Below are positions 44,479-64,000 of a stretch of 64,000 nt of DNA, piece after piece. The notes below the pieces were generated by a model that ran no database searches, was not told the DNA's origin, and saw nothing but the letters and a program-made list of their open reading frames with translations. The position numbers were made by a program, and so were the translations under genes. The stretch is from Macrostomum lignano (taxonomy: Eukaryota). The DNA is taken from NCBI GenBank assembly GCA_002269645.1, contig NIVC01002418.1, forward strand, positions 81,969 through 145,968, read 5' to 3'. Each line of letters begins with the position of its first letter. The first letter of the stretch is position 1.

Positions 44479-47438
44479 ATGCTCCCGATAGCGACTCGAT
44501 ATTTGGTCAGTATCTGCGCCTGTATTATTCGGTGGTTAAAAAGGATGATGGAACCGCGTACAGTTGCAGTTCGCTGGTATGCATGCGCACAGGAATCCAC
44601 CGGTACTTGAAGAATTTACGAGGATTGGATATCATCGGTAATGTTGAATTTAGCGCTTTCGAGAAGACTTTCAAGCCTGCTCTTGTACTCGCTGAAGAAA
44701 CCAGCTTCAGCGATGGATGGTGACGGTGGGTATCGAGCATTAGAGCCTGAAGATTTGGCGTTGTTGGCTTGTTGCATGCGTATTTTGACCGTAGCTCGCC
44801 ACAGAAACTGCAACAGGAAGTCTTCTTTCTCCTTGAGCTCGCACTTTGCCTTTCGTGGACGTGAATGGATTCGAGGGCTTGAGAAAAAAGATGTCATTCT
44901 GCGGGAATCTACTGGAGGTATGACGTGCGTTGACTTATCGAAGGAAAAAAAAGAAAAGTGTGTGTCCGCCGAGGGTCTACGACGTTTGCCTGCGGGACGT
45001 TTGCCAGCCGACGTTTGCCTGCGGGACGTTTGCCAGCCGACATTTGCCAGCCGACGTTTGCCAGCCGACGTTTGCCAGCGGGACGTTTGCCAGCCGAAGT
45101 TTGCCTGCCGGACGTTTGCCTGCGGGACGTTTGCCAGCCGACGTTTGCCAGCCGACGTTTGCCAGCCGACATTTGCCAGCCGACATTTGCCAGCCGACAT
45201 TTGCCAGCCGACGTTTGCCAGCGGGACGTTTGCCAGTCGGACGTTTGCCAGCCGACATTTGCCAGCCGACGTTTGCCTGCCGGACGTTTGCCAGCCGACG
45301 TTTGCCAGCCGACGTTTGCCTGCCGGAAGTTTGCCAGCCAAAATTTGCTAGCCAATATAAAGCCAGTCAGTGAAAAATTTGATACTGAAACATTCGCAGT
45401 TTAGCGGTTTGACAAAAACCTTTTTTTACTCCAACTTTTTGACGGTTATTCGCATATATACAAGTTTGAAAGCAAAATCTATAAATTATGCAATTTATAT
45501 AGATTTACATCTAATATCCAGTTTAACAACGATTTTCTTTGAATGTGAAAATATTGTTTACTTTTGACAATTGTGTATCGTTTTTCCCAGTTTGAGATGT
45601 TTGATTTTTGATGTGCGAAAGAAGACGCGCAGATAACAACGGGAATCTCCAGCGATTAAGTTATGAGGCTAACAAAAAGAGCTGCTGAGCGGTAATTCTG
45701 GCTCATATATTTCTCAGTTCATTGGGAGATCTAAAAGTAAGCAAATTGATTCCAATGCTGTTGTATTACTACTCAAGTAAGCAAGGAAACCGCGATCTCA
45801 ACGTACATGTGTAGACGAGTCGAATGCGGTACGTTTTTATAGTAAGCTATATAGCTGAATAGCCAGACAAGCCGCCAGTAGCAAGCTAGTAGAATAGCAA
45901 GCGCTAGACACTACGTATGCAAAGCTTAGTCATGCCAAGGACTACTAAAGTAGAAGTACGCAGCACTCGAAATCTATGAAAAATGTTTTGAAGGCCATAG
46001 GGAGATAGGAAGTTTTCATCTTTTCAGCACAACAATTGTTATTGCTTTCATACGAGGCAAACCCAATGTTCATTTTTTGATATGTTGTTCCAAAATCGTT
46101 GTTAAACTAGATATTAGACGTTAGACTGATGAACTGCATAATTTATATATTTTGCTTTCAAACTTGTAAAAATGCGAATAACCGTCAAAAAGTTGGAGTA
46201 AAAACGGTTTTTGTCAAACCGCTAAACTGCGAATGTTTCAGTATCAAATTTTTCACTGACTGGCTTTATATTGGCTAGCAAATTTTGGCTGGCAAACTTC
46301 CGGCAGGCAAACGTCGGCTGGCAAACGTCGGCTGGCAAACGTCCGGCAGGCAAACGTCCGGCAGGCAAACGTCGGCTGGCAAACGTCCGGCAGGCAAACG
46401 TCCGGCAGGCAAACTTCGGCTGGCAAACGTTCCGCTGGCAAACGTCGGCTGGCAAACGTCGGCTGGCAAATGTCGGCTGGCAAACGTCCCGCAGGCAAAC
46501 GTCGGCTGGCAAACGTCCCGCTGGCAAACGTCGGCTGGCAAACGTCGGCTGGCAAATGTCGGCTGGCAAACGTCCCGCAGGCAAACGTCGGCTGGCAAAC
46601 GTCCGGCAGGCAAACTTCGGCTGGCAAACGTCCCACTGGCAAACGTCGGCTGGCAAACGTCGGCTGGCAAATGTCGGCTGGCAAACGTCCCGCAGGCAAA
46701 CGTCGGCTGGCAAACGTCCGGCAGGCAAACTTCGGCTGGCAAACGTCCCACTGGCAAACGTCGGCTGGCAAACGTCGGCTGGCAAATGTCGGCTGGCAAA
46801 CGTCCCGCAGGCAAACGTCGGCTGGCAAACGTCCCGCAGGCAAACGTCGCTATCCCGTCCGCCGATGCCCCTCGGTCCAATCGGGAAATTGGGATTTTTT
46901 CCTGTGCAAGACAAGTCTGTGTGCCCATGCAGTTGAAGCGATCAAACTGTATCTTTCGAAGCTTCCATCTAAGAATAGCTGTATGTTTCCTAGGCCTGCC
47001 ATTAAGTGGCAGAATGGAGCATGGTATTGCCCAAAGGACACATTGTTGGGCAAGAACTCATTGTCCAACAATATGAAGACGATCTCGAAAGCGGCCAGGC
47101 TCTCGCGGGACTACACTAACCATTCGATCCGCGCAACAACCATAACAAGCCTGGCGTCTGCTGGATTCAGTGCCGAAGCGATTCAAACCGTCTCCGGACA
47201 CAAAAAGGTGGATAGTGTTGTCCGTTATATAAAGCGGACAACGGTGGCCCAGAAGCGAGCATTGTCTTCAGCAATCACAGATAGTCTACATGCCTCTACG
47301 TCGAGCGTGGCCAGTCATCAAGCACAAGAGTCAGTTGCGCTGTGCGAACAGTCATCTAGCGTTCCAACTGCCGTCACAAGTATTGGCCAGCCTGATAAAT
47401 CCGGCCCGACGATCGTCTTGGAGAAAAAACGGGGCTAA
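44479..47438 (+). pseudogene. Degenerate Crypton-like tyrosine recombinase, interrupted by a foldback element
   Basis: YSVVKKDDGTAYSCSSLVCMRTGIHRYL, SPQKLQQEVFF, HFAFRGRE (catalytic R), CP..IKLYLSKL, LGKNSL, YTNHSIRAT (HxxR), VSGHK, VRY (catalytic Y). Several frameshifts. Confidence 0.85.
44980..46849. mobile_element. 1870-bp non-autonomous foldback element with modular inverted arms and 3-bp TSD cta
   Basis: Ends cgacgtttgcctgcgggacg / cgtcccgcaggcaaacgtcg. cta at 44977-44979 and 46850-46852. Outer arms are 14-15-bp subrepeats; inner arms are about 200-bp unique AT-rich inverted repeats (about 45340-45535 and 46095-46295); central spacer about 560 bp. Confidence 0.9.
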
Positions 47439-47848
47439 ATGTTACGTTTATATGTGAGTGCGAAAAGGTCGCTTTGCAAAAGTTGAGTTTGGTTCTGGAC
47501 TCTAACTGCTTTGTTTGACTTTGTTTGTTTTTTGTTTATTTGGTTGAAATACATGAAATGGAAATAATCCATTATCGGCCCGACTTTTCGGGCCAAAATG
47601 AAATCGTCTATGGCAATAATCGAATATCAGCCCGCCCGATAGCCACGTAGTCAAAGTTGTTAGTACATTAGATCAAGATAAATCGAACAAACAAGTGTCA
47701 GCAAGAAAACGATACAAAACGGAGTGCGAGAACGTAAAGGTAATGTTTTGTTTCACGTCGTAAAAAATTATTGTCTAAATTATTGCAAATGCAGGTACTT
47801 TTTGTGGTGACTGCGTTTAGCTTTCTGTGCAGAGTGGGGGATGGGGGG

Positions 47849-47851
<3 letters not shown>

Positions 47852-47901
<50 letters not shown>
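47852..47901. repeat. (CT)n microsatellite
   Basis: Directly visible. Confidence 0.95.
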
Positions 47902-47904
<3 letters not shown>

Positions 47905-48595
47905 TTGTACTCGCGCATGTGCGTACTCTGGAGCGCGAACACGCCAGAGGTAGCGGCTGATTGGTCAGCCTAGTCAGGCTGGAAAATAAACTGGTATGTA
48001 TTGAGAGAGCTAGGCTTGGCCGGCTCTAATTTTTCTCTCTGCAAGCCAAACAGACTTTGTTACAGTGGCGACGAGGATGGGAGTGAACTGAAAATTTACA
48101 CAGGCTTTTTTGTATGTCGGTCTCTGTCGGCATCATGGAGAAGTTGTCATAGATGTCAATCGATCTCGGGTTTTATCGATAACTTTCAAAGAGAGTCAAG
48201 GATGCTATATAGCTCACAAAATTCTTGGTTTGAAACCAGATTCTACAGTCTCTTGTATATTTTATAGCAATTTGATAAAAACAAATATGTATCAGCGTAT
48301 ATTGCATGTTTTTTAGTCAGCAATAAAGACTTTTACAGAAGCGTAGCTAGCATAGCATCCGACAATCTGAGGATGAAAAACTTACTGAAAAATATGCTCA
48401 GTGAGTTTCTTTTTCCCAACTTTTTTCCAGCATACAGTTTGTTTTTTTATATTTAATAGCCATCACGTCAAGCTCTTGTCGGCATCATTTTGGATGCTTG
48501 TATTGATTTCATACAGTGTTTGCTATAAAACATTTTTCCAAGTCCGAGTATCCCATGCTGGGTCTGTCTTCAAGCAGTTACCTGTTCACCTTTGA

Positions 48596-51500
48596 CTATA
48601 CGTACATTTTCGCAACATTTTTTCTGGCCAACAGAGGCTCTTCAGACGAATAGATGAGCCGAAAGTTGTGCCTCGTGACCAGTTCGGCGTCTCTGACGGG
48701 CAGTCTGCGTTGGAATCGCAGCAGCGTTTCGCTGGTCAGACAGGCAGCCTCGAGCCACAGGCTCGGCTTCAGCTGATTCAGCACCGAAGTCTGCCGGCTC
48801 CAGGACGGGTGCGAGTTGAACTCAAGCAAGTAGACTCGAAGCTGTTCGTCAACCAGAAAATCGACGCCCATAATGCGGAAGCTGTTGCTGAGTGAACTGG
48901 TGCGGTCGTCCAATTTGGGCCGAAACACGGCCGACACGTAGCCCAGAATGGCGCCAACTTTCGGGTAGAGCTCGTCTCTGGCCCAGTCCTGTGCGAGCAA
49001 TTGTTTTGAGTTGGAGGCACACTGAAGGCAAAGAGAAGGGGTGCCGTAACCTAAGTGGTCTGGCGCGGCGCTCTGATGTGCCAGCGGCCCAGGCTCGATT
49101 CCAAGTGCAGTTGCATTAATTTGGAGCTAAATTGGAATCTCGGCTTGGCTCTGCTTGTAAAAATTAACGACCTTGAGGGCAAGCCCCAAGGCACAATGAA
49201 GTGTACATGCCTAACGATAAATAAAACTAGGGCCGCTGTGCACTCCTGTGTGAGTGTGTGCCTGTGCGTATGACTGCGTACGTATCCGTGCGCTTGTTCA
49301 GGGGATTGGGAGTCGGCGGAATAGGCAGTAATGCCTCTCGCCGGTTGTGTGACAATGTCGCTTAAAGTCTCTAATAAAAAATTAAAAAGAAGGTTAAGGG
49401 AGCAGCACAGGTTCAAGGAGCGGAGGGGTTAAAAATAGTAAAAATGCCTGGCAGTGGCTTCGCAAACTCATGATAGCCGCTATCCCACTCCCTCACCTTC
49501 CGCGGCAGCCGATGCCTTCTGTTTAAATATTCATTGAGCTCGTCGGGATACCAAGTGGTGACCTCCTTCAGCTGGCCGAAATCGGGCGTGTGCTTGGCCT
49601 GAACGCTCTGGTTGGTGAGGTGAACTGCCAAGTCCGGGTGGTCTGGGTTGTACGGCGCGGTGCACAGGCGGAGAAAACCCGGATGAAGAAAGGTGAAGTA
49701 GCCGGTGCTGAAGAGACAAATGACAACGGTAGGTTATTTTGTGACAAACAGAACCGGCGAAACAGCAGAACTGTTACAACAACAAAGCCATCAAAGTAAC
49801 AACAGAACCGTCACACAACAACAGAACCGTCACACAACAACAGAACCGTCACAAAACAACAGAACCGTCACACAACAACAGAACCGTCACACAGCAACAG
49901 AGCCGTCACACAACAACAGAACCATCACACAACAACAGACCCGTTACAAAACCAACACAACAAATTCAGTTCTGACCTCATTTTCGAGCCTTTGACAGTG
50001 TACCGCCTTGCATTGACCACCAGCAGGTAAACTCGCAGATCAAACTTTCGTTTGTCAACAAGCAGAGGCCGCTCAATGTAGCGCTGCAAGATTACCTGGG
50101 AGCGATTCATCTCCAGAAATTGACTGCTGCGCAGAAAGTCCAGCAAATCCCCTTGCACGCAATCGGGACGGATTCGAACCAACTGCTGCTGATGGCCCAT
50201 GCGGCCGCTGCAGTGAGTTTCGGCTCTTGTGAGCTTGAGTAGCAAGCAGACAGACAGCAGTATAAATCATAAATAAATCAAATGGCATTCAAAAATGCAA
50301 CATACCAGGCTGGCTTCGCAAGATAAACCCCAGACTGTTCGACTAAAATGCAAATAAGAAGTTTAAAAAACTTACAAATTAATTATGCTTAATTCACTAA
50401 TGAGCGCCAATTAGCATATATTATGTCAGAAGCATTTACCGAGCACCTGTTCAAGCTGACAATTGTTCAAATTTATGGTCGGCGGCGTGAATTCCAGATG
50501 CGTGAACTCACGGCCTGAACCGGTTAGGTAAATTCGAGCGCTGGTTCGCATTCGCTTCTCCGATTGCCTCATCGATTTAATCAGCTCCCATTTGTTGCAC
50601 AGGAAGTACATGCGATGCACATAGGGCCGAATCACTAGAAATTCTGGGCCGCCTGCCGGTCAGGGTGCAAGCAGATTGAGTTAACAAGCTTTAGCCTTGC
50701 AGGGAAGTTAATTTAGCGTCGATAGCATGATTACTACACAATTTATATTCGCATTATAAAGTATCAGCACAATACTTATCAACGGTGGCAAATCCCTACT
50801 TTGAACTCTTACAATACTGAGCTACACTACCAAAACAGCTTGTTACAACTCCTCCAAACAGGGGGAATTTCACATTCCTTGTTGCTCAATGACGCGACAC
50901 ATCCGAGTTCGCGATTAACCACGCCTTAAGTTTATCTATGAGCAATTAAACACTGTATGGAAACTGTACGGTCCTCACTCAGCGACAAGCCGAACTTGGC
51001 AGAGGTCAGGCACAGCATGTTCAACCGGCCCGTGCCCGTCATCCGGGCCAGAGCGAAGTCGTCCGAGTCCGTCTGCTGCTCCTCGTCGAAGCGGACGAAG
51101 CCCAGCGCGTCGAACACTTTGGACAGGCTGCGGGCAAGGCGCACCTTCTGACTGAACTTGCGATTTATCAGGGCTCATTATCGGGGTAGAATTACGTGAT
51201 TTGCAGATTTGCTTTTACGCTACTGTTAGTAGTTTCAGTCTAGAGAAAGAAAGTCAAACCAGTAGTTAGGTTACCCGCTTAAAACGTAACCGTGAAAAGA
51301 ATTTCTAGAGTCCTAGCAAACAACTCACTAGTGACTACTCTAGCGATTCTGATACGACTCCTATGACTTTTTAACCACTCAAACGAATGTAATGTGACGG
51401 CGAGGCGACTGTTGAGTCGTGAGCGCATCAGGTAAGTTGTAGAAATGTAAAACAGTCGCGAAAAAGTCGTCTAAGAGTCTTCGTGTTGGCGCTTAACTTC

Positions 51501-52503
51501 TACTAACGCAAGTAGACTAAACAGGGTTTATAAATTCAAAATGCGAGTCTACGAAGTAGTGCATAACGTGACGCAGATGCGCTTAGACGCACCTCATTGA
51601 TTTTACAGCGATTCTAATAAAAAACAATAATAATAACTGATTAAACCTGCTCTAGTGGGCAGATATGCATGCAACCGACAGCTCAGCCGCAGCTATTGCG
51701 CGGCGCATCTGAAGGCTGCGTACGGCTGTTCAGTCCAAGGACTGGGGGGTCGCCGCACACATCCTCAATTACCCCAGCTAATGCTGGCACCCACTTTACA
51801 GCTGGGTGAACTGAAGCAATGCAGAGTTGAGTGTCTTGCTTGATTGGACACAGATTGTTCCTCGTAGGTCGAGAATCGAACCCCCAACATTTCAGTCACG
51901 AGTCCGACGCTCTACCCACTAGGTCTTAGAGTCGTTTCAGAGTCGCAGACAATAAAACTCCTTAAATTTACTCTTAGGCGATTCTTTGACGACTTTTTGG
52001 CGACTTTTACCGTGACATCTCGTCATTTGAGAGTCGTATAGAGTCACTTCTTTCAAGTTTTACCTGTGTTACCTGCATTGACTCTGAAACAATTATGGGG
52101 TGACCCAAGTGATTCTGGGACGCTTCTTGGGCTTGGTACCGTTGTCATCGGACCAAGGGTTTCTAGGAGTGTACAAAAGTAGAAAGCAGATGGACTTTTC
52201 CGTTTGCAAACAGCAAACAGCAAGCTTGGTATGAGGTGTCTATCAGGTACTTAAAAATAACCAGTTGGGTCCCAAAACGGAAGTTTTTCAAGAAGTTCAG
52301 AAGTTCTCCTTCAGAAACCAACAATTATTAGCTGCATGAGCTACTCACAGAGCCGGACTGACTCCGGCATGGAGAATTCCAGGCCGCCTACTCTGTAGAC
52401 TGAAGCCAGCGAAGTCAGTTCCGTAGTTCCGCTTGAAGAGGTCGCTTTTAGCTAGCAGGTCGTACCTGCCGAACAGAATCGTCTGCTGCGAAGCTGGCGG
52501 CAT
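48596..52503 (-). CDS. TTLL10: Tubulin-tyrosine ligase-like protein, TTLL10-like (putative glycylase)
   Basis: Exons 52503-52466 (tentative), 51151-50979, 50634-50440, 50342-50306 (YLAKPA), 50207-50004 (QRYIERPLLVDKRKFDLRVYLL), 49707-49497 (GFLRL..HLTNQSVQ), 48988-48596 (GVDFLVD..VYLLEFNSHPS). All GT-AG and in phase. TTL family is secure; the TTLL10 subfamily call is by recalled similarity. Confidence 0.82.
49039..49368 (+). mobile_element. tRNA-derived SINE family A, in a TTLL intron
   Basis: Full-length match to 25590-25918. Confidence 0.82.
49760..49960. repeat. 19-bp minisatellite (cacaacaacagaaccgtca)n
   Basis: About 8 copies in a TTLL intron. Confidence 0.85.
51615..51925 (-). mobile_element. 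SINE family B copy
   Basis: Reverse-complement match including the tRNA-like head and (tta)n tail. Confidence 0.82.
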
Positions 52504-52696
52504 CCTCGTTGGGGCCTCGTTGACTTGCTGAGCAAATTGTCCTTTTTATTCAATGCCTATCAGCTTTATCTGGTGCTTTAAATATCGGCAAAATCGGTTC
52601 ATCTTCGAACATCAACTTGCTGTCTATGGTAAATTGGAGTACTGCTCTTGTTTTTATAGCTGATTGCATGGCAACCCGGACAATGGTTATGAAATC

Positions 52697-52950
52697 ATAG
52701 AATGGATTGCTAATCTAGCCCACAAGGATGCAGGAATAGAATGGATTGCTAATCTAGCCCACAAGGATGCAGGAATAGAATGGATTGCTAATCTAGCCCA
52801 CAAGGATGCAGGAATAGAATGGATTGCTAATCTAGCCCACAAGGATGCAGGAATAGAATGGATTGCTAATCTAGCCCACAAGGATGCAGGAATAGAATGG
52901 ATTGCTAATCTAGCCCACAATGATGCAGGAATAGAATGGATTGCTAATCT
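52697..52950. repeat. 39-bp tandem repeat (atagaatggattgctaatctagcccacaaggatgcagga)n
   Basis: About 6.5 nearly identical copies with no spacers. Confidence 0.93.
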
Positions 52951-53452
52951 AACCCATACGAATTCAATGAAAGTAAAGTAAATGAAGCAAAAGGAGGCTT
53001 TCGACAATTGCTTTGCAAAGATAAAGCAGCTCAACAATTTTGAATTTCGCAGTTTCATTTTCAAATTAAACATTGTCTTACGAGTATTCAGCGTTCCAGC
53101 GAGGACAGCTCGTTTGTTTCTGCCCTAGGACGAATTCGCAAGCTACTATTAGTAGGAAAGTGGAAAATTTAAATGAGATTCCGCAGAGTTAAGAAATATT
53201 GCGACCTCTGGGTACAGTAAACACCGTTATAAAGTATAACATCAATAAAGACTGTGCTTGGCTCTCTACTAAGACTAATAGCGCAATAAATATGTGCGAG
53301 AAAGTCGAGAAAATATCTAAAATCATTGCGTGCAATTTCAAACTGAAAAAAGCAGAAACTCATTGTGCTTGCCGACTTGCGGTCAAAGTTAGTTGAACAG
53401 CATAGGGTTTTCAATGAATCAATATTAGTCTCTGCTGGCAGGTCATCTGAGG

Positions 53453-63135
<9,683 letters not shown>

Positions 63136-63189
63136 CTGAGCAGGGAAAAATTGTTTCGTTTTGAGCAATTTATAAGCAACTATGGAGGA

Positions 63190-64000
63190 GAGTCAGGGTG
63201 AGGCTAAGGGCTAGCGTTAAAGAGTCAGGGTGAGGCTAAGGGCGTTAGCTGTTAAAAGAGTCAGGGTGAGGCTAAGGGCTAGGTTAAAGAGTCAGGGTGA
63301 GGCTAAGGGCTAGGTTAAAGAGTCAGGGTGAGGCTAAGGGCTAGGGTTTAAGAGTCAGGGTGAGGCTAAGGGCTAGCGGTTAAAGAGTCAGGGTGAGGCT
63401 AAGGGCTAGCGTTAAAGAGTCAGGGTGAGGCTAAGGGCTAGCTTAAAGAGTCAGGGTGAGGCTAAGGGCTAGGCTTAAAGAGTCAGGGTGAGGCTAAGGG
63501 CTAGGTTAAAGAGTCAGGCGTGAGGCTAAGGGCTAGGGTTAAAGAGTCAGGTGAGGCTAAGGGCTAGGTTAAAGAGTCAGGGTGAGGCTAAGGGCTAGCG
63601 TTAAAGAGTCAGGGTGAGGCTAAGGGCTAGCGTTAAAGAGTCAGGGTGAGGCTAAGGGCTAGCGTTAAAGAGTCAGGGTGAGGCTAAAGGGCTAGCGTTA
63701 AAGAGTCAGGGTGAGGCTAAGGGCTAGCGGTTAAAGAGTCAGGGTGAGCTAAGGCTAGCGTTAAAGAGTCAGGTGAGGCTAAGGGCTAGGGTTAAAGAGT
63801 CAGGTGAGGCTAAGGGCTAGGCTTAAAGAGTCAGGGTGAGGCTAAGGGCTAGCGTTAAAGAGTCAGGTGAGGCTAAGGGCTAGGTTAAAGAGTCAGGGTG
63901 AGGCTAAGGGCTAGGGTTAAAGAGTCAGGGTGAGGCTAAGGCTAGCTTTAAAGAGTCAGGGTTGAGGCTAAGGGCTAGCGTTAAAGAGTCAGGGTTGAGG
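63190..64000. repeat. About 31-bp satellite (aaagagtcagggtgaggctaagggctaggtt)n, running off the window
   Basis: About 25 copies with small indels. Confidence 0.95.

Noticed and set aside
52664-52981. (IEWIANLAHKDAG)n ORF as a gene
   Set aside because: TTG start with an in-frame stop immediately upstream. It is explained by a 39-bp repeat.

Overview
Eukaryotic, intron-rich animal genomic DNA. GC-rich exons, AT-rich intergenic DNA and dense minisatellites resemble a free-living flatworm such as Macrostomum; the species call is inference only. Five spliced host genes were reconstructed by hand, all on the minus strand, with consistent exon phases and GT-AG junctions (one probable GC-AG). They are a glycogenin with a long non-canonical tail (4448-12250), an ankyrin-repeat TRP-like channel (15730-27040), AP-1 sigma subunit (31084-33836), a TTLL10-like tubulin-modifying ligase (48596-52503) and an SLC4A11-like transporter (53453 to beyond 63135, 5' end outside the window). 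Bases 1-2722 are a near-identical copy of 12650-15371, implying a 12,649-bp tandem duplication that should carry a second glycogenin just left of the window. Mobile DNA includes a full-length Ty3/gypsy element with identical LTRs but three coding lesions, a 5'-truncated RTE-like LINE inside a 32-bp satellite, and a decayed Merlin transposon hit by two 8-bp-TSD MITEs. It also includes a decayed Crypton tyrosine recombinase split by a 1.87-kb foldback element, and two tRNA-derived SINE families, one with a CORE-like domain. About 20 tandem repeats are present, including a 527-codon (NGTPKIPSS)n ORF and interstitial telomere-like repeats. No CRISPR, rRNA or genuine tRNA gene is supported. No wholly new system is demonstrated; the strongest leads are the sequon-rich repeat ORF, the foldback element, the defective but recently inserted gypsy element and its NPF motifs, and the glycogenin duplication.
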